A stretch of 64,000 bases of DNA. Source: Desulfobacterales bacterium (lineage in GTDB: Bacteria; Desulfobacterota; Desulfobacteria; Desulfobacterales; UBA2174). Position 1 is the stretch's first letter. Every line of letters starts with the position of its first letter. Location: positions 96,001-160,000 of the forward strand of contig CAXXWC010000010.1 of NCBI GenBank assembly GCA_963668645.2, read 5' to 3'. Of the stretch, positions 1 to 9,571 are shown in pieces. The notes below the pieces were generated by a model, which was given only the letters and a program-made list of their open reading frames with translations, did not search any database and was not told the origin of the DNA. The translations under genes were made by a program, and so were the position numbers.

Positions 1-349
1 AAACCACCCTGCCGTGGCCCGGGTCAACTATCCCGGGCTGGAAGACCACCCCGGCCACCGGCGCGCCCGCGACCTCTTCGACGGGTTCGGCGGGATGCTC
101 AGCTTCGAGCTGCGCGGGGGGCTGGCGGCGGCCGAGGCCCTGTTCCAACGGATCCAGCTGCCCGTGGTGGCCCCGAGCCTGGGCGGGGTGGAAACCCTGA
201 TCACCCGGCCGGCGGCCACTTCCCATGTCGGTGTGGATCCGGCCCAGCGCCGGCGCATGGGTATCGACGACGGCCTGGTGCGCCTCTCGGTGGGCATCGA
301 AGCCGAAGCCGACCTGATCGCCGATCTGCAACAGGCCCTAGCGGTGTAG
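1..349 (+). CDS. PLP-dependent transsulfuration enzyme (cystathionine gamma-synthase / methionine gamma-lyase family), C-terminal fragment, 5' truncated by window edge
   Basis: V.YPGL..HP, GFGGMLSF, SLGGVETLI..PA..SH and LVRLSVGIE...DLIADL.QAL motifs typical of the Cys/Met metabolism family C-terminus. Confidence 0.9.
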   Translation, partial: NHPAVARVNYPGLEDHPGHRRARDLFDGFGGMLSFELRGGLAAAEALFQRIQLPVVAPSLGGVETLITRPAATSHVGVDPAQRRRMGIDDGLVRLSVGIEAEADLIADLQQALAV

Positions 350-433
350 TCACCCCCCAAAAAAATCATTACCCCGTTTTTTCGGGCACCGGTGCGCGCA
401 GCGCGGACCGTTCAGTATTAATTTGACAAGGAG

Positions 434-1093
434 ATGATCATGGATACCCAGCAACAGGATTACGGCCAATTGCTCTGGCGCAGGCAGGGCCAGCGCTGCG
501 TCAAAAATCTCGAACGCCACGGCTTCAAGGCTTTTCTGGTGGACGACGGCGAGGCGGCCCGGCGTCTGGTACTCGATGAGACGGCGGATCTGAACAGCTT
601 CGGCGTCGGCGGTTCGGACACGGTCCGGCGCATCGGACTGGTCGAGGCCCTGGTGGCCGCCGGCAAGACGGTTTACGATCACTGGCAGCCGGGCTTGACA
701 GCCGAACAGATCCACCAGGTGCGCCTGGACCAGGGGCGGGCCGACTGCTTTATGTGCAGCGCCAATGCCGTATCGATCAGCGGAGAAATCGTCAATGTCG
801 ACGGGATGGGCAACCGCACGGCGGCCATGAGCTTCGGGCCCCGCAAGGTGGTGATCGTGGCCGGGATGAACAAGGTGGCGCCCGACCTGACCTCCGCCCT
901 GGAGCGGGTCAAAAACGTGGCCGGTCCCATGCGCGCCATCAGCATGAACCGCAAAACCCCCTGTGTCGAAACCGGTGTCTGCCAGGACTGCAACAGTCCC
1001 GAGCGTATCTGCCGCATCACCACCATCTTGCACCGCTGCCCCATGGGTGCCGAGGTGACGGTGGTGCTGGTCTGCCAGGCCCTGGGATTCTGA
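434..1093 (+). CDS. LUD-domain (lactate utilization protein-like) protein with C-terminal Cys cluster
   Basis: GGS.T, SANA....GEIVNVDG.GNR.AAM.FGP.KV.IVAGMNK, PC..TG.C.DC.SPERIC; AGGAG RBS upstream. Confidence 0.8.
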   Translation: MIMDTQQQDYGQLLWRRQGQRCVKNLERHGFKAFLVDDGEAARRLVLDETADLNSFGVGGSDTVRRIGLVEALVAAGKTVYDHWQPGLTAEQIHQVRLDQGRADCFMCSANAVSISGEIVNVDGMGNRTAAMSFGPRKVVIVAGMNKVAPDLTSALERVKNVAGPMRAISMNRKTPCVETGVCQDCNSPERICRITTILHRCPMGAEVTVVLVCQALGF

Positions 1094-1100
1094 CCCGTGC

Positions 1101-1129
1101 TTGACATCCCGCAGGCGATGCAATAGAAA
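1101..1129 (+). promoter_or_regulatory. Putative sigma70 promoter for the EF-G paralog
   Basis: TTGACA (1101-1106), 17-bp spacer, TAGAAA (1124-1129). Confidence 0.5.
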
Positions 1130-1194
1130 AGTTCGTCTTTACGTTACCTTGCCGATTTTCAAAAAGGGACCGCCTCGGAGGCGGCCAGACGTCG

Positions 1195-3231
1195 ATGAAC
1201 GATCGCAACCGCATCCATAACATCCGTAATATCGGGATCATGGCCCACATCGATGCGGGCAAGACCACCGTCACCGAACGGATCCTTTATTACACCGGCA
1301 AGACCTACAAGATGGGCGAGGTCCATGACGGCGCCGCGGTGATGGATTGGATGCCCGACGAGCAGGAGCGCGGGATCACCATCACCTCGGCGGTGACCAC
1401 CTGCCAGTGGAAGGGGCGCGAGATCCAGATCATCGACACCCCCGGGCATGTGGATTTCACCATCGAGGTGGAACGTTCCCTGCGGGTTCTGGACGGCGCC
1501 ATCGGCGTTTTTTGCGCCGTCGGGGGCGTCGAGCCCCAGTCCGAAACGGTCTGGCGCCAGGCCGACAAGTACCACGTGCCCAAGATCGCCTTCGTCAACA
1601 AGATGGACCGCATCGGGGCCGACTTTTTCAACACCGTCGAAATGATGCGCCAGCGCCTGCACGCCATCCCCCTGGTCCTCCAACTGCCCATCGGCAGCGA
1701 AGACCGCTTTACCGGGGTCCTCGATCTGCTGCACATGCGGGCGATCTACTGGGATGAGCAGAGTCTGGGCCAGACCTTCGTTGAAGAAGAGAACCTGCCT
1801 GCCGAACTGGCCGACAGCGCGGCCGAGCACCGCGAAAAGCTCATCGAGACCCTGGCCGAAGTGGACGACGAAATCATGGAGGCCTATCTTTCCGAGGCCC
1901 CCATCGAGATTCCGGCCCTGACGGCCGCCGTGCGGCGCGCCACCATCGACCTCAAGCTGGTGCCGGTGCTCTGCGGCAGCGCCCTGCGCAACAAGGGGAT
2001 CCAGCCGCTGCTGGACGCCATCGTGGAATACCTGCCCAGCCCGGCGGACATCCCGCCGATCCGCGGCCTACACCCCCAGACCGGCGAGCCGGTGGAATGC
2101 CCGCCCAAGGACAGCGCCCCCCTGGCGGCCCTGATCTTCAAGGTGGCCATGATGGAGGGCCGGCGCCTTTCCTTCGTACGGGTCTACAGCGGCAAGCTCA
2201 GCGCCAAGGACGAGGTCTACTGCCCCTCGCGCAACGTCAAGGAGAAGCTGGCGCGCCTGCTCAAGATGCACGCCAACAAGCGCGACCGGGTCGAAACGGT
2301 GGGCGCGGGCAGCATCGTGGGGGTCATGGGGATCAAGATCGGGGCCACCGGCGATACCCTCTGCAAACCCGATCATCCGGTGCTGCTGGAGAACATCGAG
2401 GTCTACGAGCCGGTGATCAGCATCGCCGTGGAACCCAGGACCCATGCGGACCAGGAAAAGCTCGACCAGGTGATGGAAAAGCTGCTCGCCGAGGATCCGA
2501 CCCTGCGCGTGCGCCAGGACCCGGATACCGGGCAGACCATCCTTTCGGGCATGGGCGAGCTGCACCTGGATATCGTGGTCCACCGCATGCAGCGCGAATT
2601 CACCACCCAGGTCAACGTGGGCAAGCCACAGGTGGTCTACCGCGAAAGCCTGGGCCAGCCCTGGGAGGCAAAGGCCGTTTTCGACAAGGAAATCTCCGGC
2701 CAGCGTCACCACGCAGAGGTGCGCCTGCGCCTCGAACCGCTGGCCCGCGGGGAGGGGACCCGGTTTACCGACGCCCTGGCAGCCGAAGCCCTGCCGCCCG
2801 AATTTTTGAAGGCCGTTCGAAAAGGGGTGATGGAATCTTTTGCCACCGGCCCGCTGATGGGCTATCCGATGGTGGATGTCCAGGCCACCCTCGTCGAGGC
2901 GACCTGCCGGGAGTCCAACGGATCGGAGCTGGCCTTTGCCGTGGCCGCGGCCCAGGCCTGCAACGGGGCTATGGCCGGCGGGGCCCCCTTCCTGCTCGAT
3001 CCGATCATGACGGTGGAGGTCTTCGTGCCGGAAAACCTCATCGGCGAGGTCATCGGCGACCTCAACGCCCGGGGGGGCAAGATCGAGGCCATCGAGCACC
3101 GCACCGGCGCCCAGATCGTGCGTGCCGAGGTGCCCCTGGCCAAGATGTTCGGTTACAGCACGGACCTGCGCTCGGCAACCCAGGGCCGCGGCACCTTCAC
3201 CATGCAGTTCGCCCGCTTTGACAAGGTCTGA
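1195..3231 (+). CDS. fusA: Elongation factor G, stand-alone paralog
   Basis: [56 protein letters not shown]; not in an rpsL-rpsG-fusA-tuf context. Confidence 0.93.
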   Translation: MNDRNRIHNIRNIGIMAHIDAGKTTVTERILYYTGKTYKMGEVHDGAAVMDWMPDEQERGITITSAVTTCQWKGREIQIIDTPGHVDFTIEVERSLRVLDGAIGVFCAVGGVEPQSETVWRQADKYHVPKIAFVNKMDRIGADFFNTVEMMRQRLHAIPLVLQLPIGSEDRFTGVLDLLHMRAIYWDEQSLGQTFVEEENLPAELADSAAEHREKLIETLAEVDDEIMEAYLSEAPIEIPALTAAVRRATIDLKLVPVLCGSALRNKGIQPLLDAIVEYLPSPADIPPIRGLHPQTGEPVECPPKDSAPLAALIFKVAMMEGRRLSFVRVYSGKLSAKDEVYCPSRNVKEKLARLLKMHANKRDRVETVGAGSIVGVMGIKIGATGDTLCKPDHPVLLENIEVYEPVISIAVEPRTHADQEKLDQVMEKLLAEDPTLRVRQDPDTGQTILSGMGELHLDIVVHRMQREFTTQVNVGKPQVVYRESLGQPWEAKAVFDKEISGQRHHAEVRLRLEPLARGEGTRFTDALAAEALPPEFLKAVRKGVMESFATGPLMGYPMVDVQATLVEATCRESNGSELAFAVAAAQACNGAMAGGAPFLLDPIMTVEVFVPENLIGEVIGDLNARGGKIEAIEHRTGAQIVRAEVPLAKMFGYSTDLRSATQGRGTFTMQFARFDKV

Positions 3232-3242
3232 AACAAGTTTAG

Positions 3243-3809
3243 ATGAGCAGAAACCCGCTGATCATCGTGGCCCTTGGGGACAGCCTCACTGAGGGGTTCG
3301 GCGTCGGCCCCGGCGATGCCTATCCCTTTGTCCTGCAACGGCTGCTGCAGTCCGAAGGAATCGTTTGCCGGCTGATCAACGCCGGGGTCAGCGGGGATAC
3401 CTGCCGCAACCTGGCGGCCCGGCTGGAAGCCGTTTTCCGGTGGGCGCCGGATTTGGTGATTCTGGAAATCGGGGTCAACGACCTGCTCATGGGCCGGTCG
3501 GTGGAAACGATCCGCAGGGACTTGGGCGCCATCCTCGAAAAGCTCCTGGCCCGCGAGATCCCGGTGGCTCTGGCCGGCATGCAGGCCCCTCCCCTGGGCG
3601 ATCCGCAGACCGAGGCCGCTTTTGCCACCCTGTACTCCGCAACGGCGGAAAGCTTCAAGATTCCTTTGATCCGTGATTTTGCCGACCCCTTGTGGGCCGC
3701 ACCCGGGCGGGTACAGTACGATGGACTTCACCCCAACGCCGAGGGCTACCGGGCCATCTGCACGCAGATTCTGGCGGAAATAATGGAGATCATTAACCGT
3801 TTAGCGTAA
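3243..3809 (+). CDS. SGNH/GDSL hydrolase (arylesterase / TesA-like)
   Basis: GDSLT, NAGVSGDT, GVND and DGLHPN blocks. Confidence 0.9.
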   Translation: MSRNPLIIVALGDSLTEGFGVGPGDAYPFVLQRLLQSEGIVCRLINAGVSGDTCRNLAARLEAVFRWAPDLVILEIGVNDLLMGRSVETIRRDLGAILEKLLAREIPVALAGMQAPPLGDPQTEAAFATLYSATAESFKIPLIRDFADPLWAAPGRVQYDGLHPNAEGYRAICTQILAEIMEIINRLA

Positions 3810-3826
3810 CCCTTTGAGGATTGGCC

Positions 3827-5188
3827 ATGTCCCGTCGATTCCCCTTTTCGGGCCTGTTGCTGGTCGTCACCTTGATCATGACCGGCTGCGGCGCCTCCGC
3901 CGGTCGTTTTCAGCCCGCAGCCGGATGGGATGGCCTGCAACGGATCGCTCCAGCATATCCAGCGACCGTTTTTGCCGTTTTTTCCGACCCGCACCTCTAC
4001 GACGCCGGGTTAGGCGTCACGGGCGAAGCCTATCAGGCCTACCTGAGACATGACCGCAAGCTTCTGGCCGAAAGCGGGCTGCTGATGGATGCCGTACTGG
4101 CGCGCATCGAAGCGGCGCCGGTGGATTTTGTGATCGTTTGCGGGGACCTGACCAAGGACGGTGAAGAGCACAACCACCGCCTGGCCGCTGAAAAACTCGA
4201 ACGTTTGGCGGCCAGGGGCAAAAAGGTCTTCGTAGTGCCGGGCAACCACGACATCGCCAACCGGGACGCGGTCCGTTATACGGGCGAAGTCAGCGAACCG
4301 GTGCCGACCATTACCGGAGATCGGTTTGCCGAGATTTACCGCCGTTTCGGCTATGGTGCGGCCCTGGCACACGACCCGGCGTCCCTGAGCTATATCGCCG
4401 AGCCGGTGGAAGGTCTCTGGCTGCTGGCCCTCGATTCGTGCCGCTGGCAAGAACAAGGGCAAAGAGAGGATCCGATCACCGCCGGCGCCCTTTCCCCCGC
4501 CACCCGCCGCTGGATCGAAAGCATGCTGCGCCAGGCCAAATTATCCCGCAAAGCCGTGATCGCCGTGGCCCATCACGGGGTTCTGGAGCACTATCCCCAC
4601 AACGGCCGGTTTTACGGCCAATACCTGGTGCACGACCACCAAAACGTCGCCGCCATGCTGGCGGCCTACGGCGTCGAACTGATCTTCACCGGACATTTCC
4701 ATGCCCAGGACGTCACGGCCCGGCATTTCGGCGATTGGCAACGCACCTTATACGATATCGAAACCGGATCCATCGTAACCGCCCCCTGCCCGTACCGCAT
4801 CGTGCGCATCGGCGCCGACCAGAAGGCCCATATCGAAAGCCGCTTCATTACCGCCATCGAAGGGCGCGAAACCGATTTTCAAGCCTACGCCGCGGAGTAT
4901 GTCTACCAGGGGACGATCCGCCTGGCCGACACGGCCCTGGCCAAATACGGCGTCACGGGCCAAGACCGGGACCGGCTCGCACCCCAGATCTCCCGCGCCT
5001 ACGCGACCCACCTCAGGGGCGACGAGGCAAGGCCGCAAAAGATGCTCAACCCGGCAGGCTGCGGCTGGTGGACGCGCCTGGTGGTCAAATTCCAGCGGGA
5101 TCTCATCGAGGGGTGGTACACCGACCTGCCGCCGGCGGACAACCATCTGACCATCGATCTGGCCCCCGGGCCGGCGGCCGCCCCCTGA
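3827..5188 (+). CDS. Calcineurin-like metallophosphoesterase, predicted lipoprotein
   Basis: Lipobox-like LIMTGC; SDPH, GDLT, PGNHD, HH and TGHFH motifs. Confidence 0.85.
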   Translation: MSRRFPFSGLLLVVTLIMTGCGASAGRFQPAAGWDGLQRIAPAYPATVFAVFSDPHLYDAGLGVTGEAYQAYLRHDRKLLAESGLLMDAVLARIEAAPVDFVIVCGDLTKDGEEHNHRLAAEKLERLAARGKKVFVVPGNHDIANRDAVRYTGEVSEPVPTITGDRFAEIYRRFGYGAALAHDPASLSYIAEPVEGLWLLALDSCRWQEQGQREDPITAGALSPATRRWIESMLRQAKLSRKAVIAVAHHGVLEHYPHNGRFYGQYLVHDHQNVAAMLAAYGVELIFTGHFHAQDVTARHFGDWQRTLYDIETGSIVTAPCPYRIVRIGADQKAHIESRFITAIEGRETDFQAYAAEYVYQGTIRLADTALAKYGVTGQDRDRLAPQISRAYATHLRGDEARPQKMLNPAGCGWWTRLVVKFQRDLIEGWYTDLPPADNHLTIDLAPGPAAAP

Positions 5189-5261
5189 CCATGGACCGCC
5201 CCGGCATGCCGATTTTACCGATCCGTTGCCAAAAGGCCCCTTCCTGCGATAAGGCCGCAGC

Positions 5262-6224
5262 ATGACGCACGCCATGGCAGATCGGCTGGCTGATATTTTC
5301 GGTCCGGCCCTGAAAAAGTCGGCCCCGCTGGCCCCCTATACCTGGATGCGCGTCGGGGGGCCGGCCGAATACCTGCTCGAAGCCCGGGGCATGGGCCAGA
5401 TCGTGCGGGCCCACGCCTTTTGCCGGCAGCACGGGCTGCCCTTCGTGCTGCTCGGCGGGGGGAGCAACGTGGTCATCGACGACGCCGGCCTGGCCGGGCT
5501 GGTGGTGGTCAACCGGGCCGCCTACCTGCGCTGGCATCCGGCCGAACGCCAGGTGACGGTGGGCGCCGGTTTTGATCTGGACCGTCTCGTGACCCGGGTT
5601 TCGGCCCTGGGATGGGGCGATCTGAGCTATGCCGCCGGCATTCCCGGCACGGTGGGCGGGGGCCTGGTGGGCGGGGCCGGCGCCTATGGCCGCCTGCTGG
5701 CCGAGATGGTGGCCTCGGCCCGCGTGCTGCGCGCCGACGGATCTCTGGTCCGGATGCCGGTGGCCGGGCTGGGCGTCAGCTATCGGCACAGCGAGGCCAT
5801 GGAACGCGCCGATCTTGTCCTGGCCGTCACCTGCGGCCCCTTTACCCGCACCGACCCATCCGGACTGGCGGCGCGCATCGCTGATATCAAGGTCGATCGC
5901 GCCGGCAAGCATCCGCCCCAGCAGCTTCCCTGCGCCGGCTCGTTTTTCAAGAATCTGCCCCCGCCCGCCCCCGGGGCCCGGCGCCTGGCAGCCGGCCGCA
6001 TCCTGGACGAATGCGGGGCCAAACAACTTCGCCAGGGCGGGGCCGCCGTTTTCGCCCGCCATGCCAACATCATCGTCAACACGGGCGCGGCCACGGCCGC
6101 CGACATCCACCGCCTGGCGGAACGGATGGCGGCCCTGGTCTACGACCGGCGCGGTATCGTGCTGGAGCGTGAGGTCCGATTTTTGGCCAATCGCTCCGGG
6201 GCTGAAACCGCCGCAACCGGCTGA
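5262..6224 (+). CDS. murB: UDP-N-acetylmuramate dehydrogenase
   Basis: VGGPA, LGGGSN, GIPGTVGG, YRHS, AGSFFKN, HANIIVN and LEREV motifs. Confidence 0.88.
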   Translation: MTHAMADRLADIFGPALKKSAPLAPYTWMRVGGPAEYLLEARGMGQIVRAHAFCRQHGLPFVLLGGGSNVVIDDAGLAGLVVVNRAAYLRWHPAERQVTVGAGFDLDRLVTRVSALGWGDLSYAAGIPGTVGGGLVGGAGAYGRLLAEMVASARVLRADGSLVRMPVAGLGVSYRHSEAMERADLVLAVTCGPFTRTDPSGLAARIADIKVDRAGKHPPQQLPCAGSFFKNLPPPAPGARRLAAGRILDECGAKQLRQGGAAVFARHANIIVNTGAATAADIHRLAERMAALVYDRRGIVLEREVRFLANRSGAETAATG

Positions 6225-6241
6225 AAAGGAAAGCGCGAACC

Positions 6242-6631
6242 ATGACAGAAGACCGATTTGAAGCGATACTGACCCCCGAAGTATTGGAACGGATCTTTCC
6301 GCCCGGGCGGGCCGACGCTTTTTTCGAGGCGCTTTACGGCGACGTTCAGGAAGGGGCCTACGATATCCGGCTGGTTTACCTCGGACGGTCGGACGGGGAG
6401 CTCCAATTGGGCTTTGAACTGCACCAGCGGCCGGGTAAATGTCTCGCCTGCCATCTGACCCACGGCCTGCCCACCGTATTCGGCCGGCATCCGTTGATCG
6501 GCATCCCCGGGGTGGTCAAGGCCGTTGCCGATCTGGTGGACCCGGCCCCCTCGGAAAGGACCTGGCGTCTCGGAGCCACCCGTGAAGTGCGCCACGGACT
6601 GCACGTGGTTCCGCTTTCCATCCGCATGTAA
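6242..6631 (+). CDS. Conserved hypothetical protein with a CxxC motif
   Basis: Coherent codon usage and RBS; FFEALYGD..EGAYDI and RPGKCLAC.LT.GLP.VF.RHP resemble a family recalled from sulfate reducers. Confidence 0.7.
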   Translation: MTEDRFEAILTPEVLERIFPPGRADAFFEALYGDVQEGAYDIRLVYLGRSDGELQLGFELHQRPGKCLACHLTHGLPTVFGRHPLIGIPGVVKAVADLVDPAPSERTWRLGATREVRHGLHVVPLSIRM

Positions 6632-6642
6632 AGGAGCAGCCG

Positions 6643-6840
6643 ATGAACCCATCATCATCAGCAAGAGGGCAAGGCCGGGGGGGAAGAGGCCGCGGAAAAG
6701 GGTCCGGACGCGGCGGCGGCCAGGGGCAGGCGGGCGACTGCGTGTGCCCCCAGTGCGGGCACACCGAACCCCACCAGCGCGGTGTCCCCTGCTTCAATCA
6801 GAGCTGCCCCAAATGCGGCACCGCCATGACCCGCCAGTGA
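6643..6840 (+). CDS. Small Gly/Arg-rich protein with a Cys-rich zinc-ribbon/ferredoxin-like motif
   Basis: AAGGAG RBS; GRGGRGRG... followed by CVCPQCG...RGVPC....CPKCG..M.R. Confidence 0.75.
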   Translation: MNPSSSARGQGRGGRGRGKGSGRGGGQGQAGDCVCPQCGHTEPHQRGVPCFNQSCPKCGTAMTRQ

Positions 6841-6853
6841 ACCGGCTGCCTCG

Positions 6854-7768
6854 ATGAAAACCGCCCTGGATTGCATTCCCTGCCTGGTGCGCCAGAGCCT
6901 GGAGGCAGCCCGCCGGGTAACGGCCGAGCCCGCGGCCCAGGAGCGGATCCTGCGCGAGGTGCTCGGCTGGACCGCCGCCATGGATCTTTGCGCGCCGCCC
7001 CCCCTTTTGGCCCAACGCATCCATCGACACCTGCGCCGGATCGGCGGCGGAACCGACCCCTACCAGACAGTCAAAGCGGCCCACAACCGGCTGGCGGCAG
7101 GTCTCATGCCTGAATTGCGCCGCCGAATGACCGCCGCGCCCGACCCGCTCTATCTGGCTTTGCGCCTGGCCATCGCCGGCAATGCCATCGACCTGGGAGC
7201 CCCGGTGGAGACCGACGACAAAGCGGTGCGCGCCGCCTTGGCCAACGCCCTGGAGGACCCCTTTGCCGGCGACATGGAAGACTTCCGCCGCGCGGTGGCC
7301 CGTGGCGGCCGGATCCTCTACCTGGCCGACAATGCCGGGGAGATCTTTTTCGATCGCCTGCTCGTGGAGCAGCTGGCCCCGGCGCAGGTGACGATGGCGG
7401 TGCGCGGCGCGCCGGTGCTCAACGACGCCACCCTGACCGACGCCCGTGAGGCGGGCATCGAGGCCGTGGCCGAAGTGATCCAGAACGGCTCTGACGCCCC
7501 GGGCACGATCCTGGACGATTGCAGTGCCCCCTTCCGGCACTGCTTCGCAACGGCCGACCTGATCATCGCCAAGGGCCAGGGCAACTTTGAAACCCTCAGC
7601 GACACCTGCGGGCCGATCTATTTTCTTTTCAAGGTCAAATGCCCGGTGATCGCCGAACATGCCGGGTTTGCCATCGGCACCCATGTGCTCGCCGGCGCGG
7701 CCGTTGCACCGAAACCGCCCCCGAACTGCGCAATCGATACTGAAAAGGACGCCCATGAACGCCCCTGA
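6854..7768 (+). CDS. ARMT1/DUF89-family damage-control metal phosphatase
   Basis: DCIPC, AIAGN.ID, DNAGE..FD, LNDAT, IAKGQGNFETL, KVKC motifs. Confidence 0.88.
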   Translation: MKTALDCIPCLVRQSLEAARRVTAEPAAQERILREVLGWTAAMDLCAPPPLLAQRIHRHLRRIGGGTDPYQTVKAAHNRLAAGLMPELRRRMTAAPDPLYLALRLAIAGNAIDLGAPVETDDKAVRAALANALEDPFAGDMEDFRRAVARGGRILYLADNAGEIFFDRLLVEQLAPAQVTMAVRGAPVLNDATLTDAREAGIEAVAEVIQNGSDAPGTILDDCSAPFRHCFATADLIIAKGQGNFETLSDTCGPIYFLFKVKCPVIAEHAGFAIGTHVLAGAAVAPKPPPNCAIDTEKDAHERP

Positions 7769-8594
7769 AGTCAAAATCACGATCCTGGTCGACAACCAGG
7801 CTGCCGCCCCCGGCCTGGCGGTGGAACACGGATTCGCCCTCTGGATCGAGGCCGGCAATCGTCCCATCCTCTTCGACACCGGCCAGGGACAGGCCCTGGC
7901 GCCCAATGCCGAGGCCCTGGGAGTCGATCTGGCCGCGGCTGAGGTCCTGGTGCTCAGCCACGGCCATTTCGACCACACCGGTGCGGTTGACCAAGTGCTG
8001 GCGGCGGCCGGCGCCTGCAAGATCTACGCGCATCCGGAGTTCGCCCGGCCCCGCTATGCCGTGCGCGAAGGCGTTGCCAGAAAAATCGGCATCCCGCCCC
8101 AGTCCCTGGAGGCCATCGAAAAATTGGCGCCGCAACGCCGTGTCCGGGTATCCGGGCCGCTGCGGCTTGCCGAAAACATCGGGCTGACCGGGCCCATCGC
8201 ACGCCGCACGGCCTACGAGGATACCGGGGGACCTTTTTTCCTCGATGACCGGGGACGGGACCCCGATCCCATCGAGGACGATCTGGCCCTGTGGATCGAC
8301 ACCCCCGGGGGGCTGGTGGTCTGCACCGGCTGCTGCCATGCCGGGCTGGTCAACACCTTGGAGCAGGTGCGGCGACTGAACGACCGAAAGCCGATCCGTG
8401 CCGTTATCGGCGGGTTTCATCTGGTGGCGGCCGGCAGCGAACGGCTCTCGCGAACCATTGAGGTGCTAAAGGCCCTGGATCCCGGCCTGGTGGCCCCGTG
8501 CCACTGTACCGGAGAGCGGGCCATGGACGTATTGCAGCAGGCGATGCCCGAGAAGGTCAAGCCGGGAGCGGCCGGAATGATTTACCGCTTTTAA
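7755..8594 (+). CDS. MBL-fold metallo-hydrolase
   Basis: EHG, FDTG, LSHGHFDHTG, TGCCHAG, GGFHL and PCHCTG motifs; ATG at 7755 overlaps the upstream gene end. Confidence 0.88.
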   Translation: MNAPEVKITILVDNQAAAPGLAVEHGFALWIEAGNRPILFDTGQGQALAPNAEALGVDLAAAEVLVLSHGHFDHTGAVDQVLAAAGACKIYAHPEFARPRYAVREGVARKIGIPPQSLEAIEKLAPQRRVRVSGPLRLAENIGLTGPIARRTAYEDTGGPFFLDDRGRDPDPIEDDLALWIDTPGGLVVCTGCCHAGLVNTLEQVRRLNDRKPIRAVIGGFHLVAAGSERLSRTIEVLKALDPGLVAPCHCTGERAMDVLQQAMPEKVKPGAAGMIYRF

Positions 8595-8742
8595 GCCCTG
8601 CTTTTTTCAGGACACGGATCGGCCAACGGTGTTATGCTGGCTTACGTTCGGCCCCCAAAAGGCCCTGGCGTGAGTATTTTTCTGCAATGGCCCCGCGGCA
8701 TCCCGGATGCATAGCCGGGCCGGTGAGGAAAGGAAGCGAGAC

Positions 8743-9567
8743 ATGGATATTTCCCAGCTTGAAGAGATCCCGCCGTGGGAATGGCCCGAAGATGCCCATG
8801 AGGCGATCCTGGCGGTTCTCAAAGACAAAAATGCCGGTACCGAGGATCGCATGCTGGCCGCCTACCTGGGCGGCGACACCTCCGTGGTGAACGACGAACT
8901 GGCCCAGGCCCTGATCGCAACAGTTGCCGATCCGGCCGCCGCCGAATTGTTGCGGGCCCAGGCAGCCATTGCCCTCGGACCCGCGCTGGAGCATGCCGAC
9001 ATCATGGGCTTCGATGATACGGATGAGATTCTGATCGGGGAAGACCTCTTCGAGCAGATCCAAAAACAGCTCCAAAGCCTGTTCCAGGACGAGAGCACGC
9101 CCAAAGAGGTCCGCCGGCGGGTGCTGGAAGCTTCGGTGCGGGCGCCCATGGGCTGGCACGCCAAGGCGATTCGGCAAGCCTTTGACTCCGGCGACGAACA
9201 GTGGCGGCTGACCGCGGTTTTCGGCATGCAGTACATCGAAGGCTTCGAGGCCGAAATCCTGGCCTCCCTCGACGATCCGGACCCGGAAGTCCACCTGGAG
9301 GCGGTCACAGCGGCCGGAAACTGGGAGCTGGATGCCGCCTGGGACCAGATCGCCGCGCTGGTCCGCGACGAAGCCACCGACAAGGACCTGCGCCTGGCGG
9401 CCATCGACGCGGTCGCAACGATCCGGCCCGAGCAGGCGGATTCGGTTTACGACGGCCTTTTGGACCATGACGACCCGGAGATCGTCGAGGCGGTGACCGA
9501 GGCGCTGGCCATGGTCGAGGCGATCCTGGAAGACATCCAGGACCCGCCGGAGGAAGACGGAGACTGA
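8743..9567 (+). CDS. Acidic HEAT-repeat protein
   Basis: Repeated alpha-alpha units (R.QAAIALG, VRRRVLEA, LDDPDPEV, LRLAAIDAV); very Asp/Glu-rich. Confidence 0.75.
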   Translation: MDISQLEEIPPWEWPEDAHEAILAVLKDKNAGTEDRMLAAYLGGDTSVVNDELAQALIATVADPAAAELLRAQAAIALGPALEHADIMGFDDTDEILIGEDLFEQIQKQLQSLFQDESTPKEVRRRVLEASVRAPMGWHAKAIRQAFDSGDEQWRLTAVFGMQYIEGFEAEILASLDDPDPEVHLEAVTAAGNWELDAAWDQIAALVRDEATDKDLRLAAIDAVATIRPEQADSVYDGLLDHDDPEIVEAVTEALAMVEAILEDIQDPPEEDGD

Positions 9568-9571
9568 TCGA

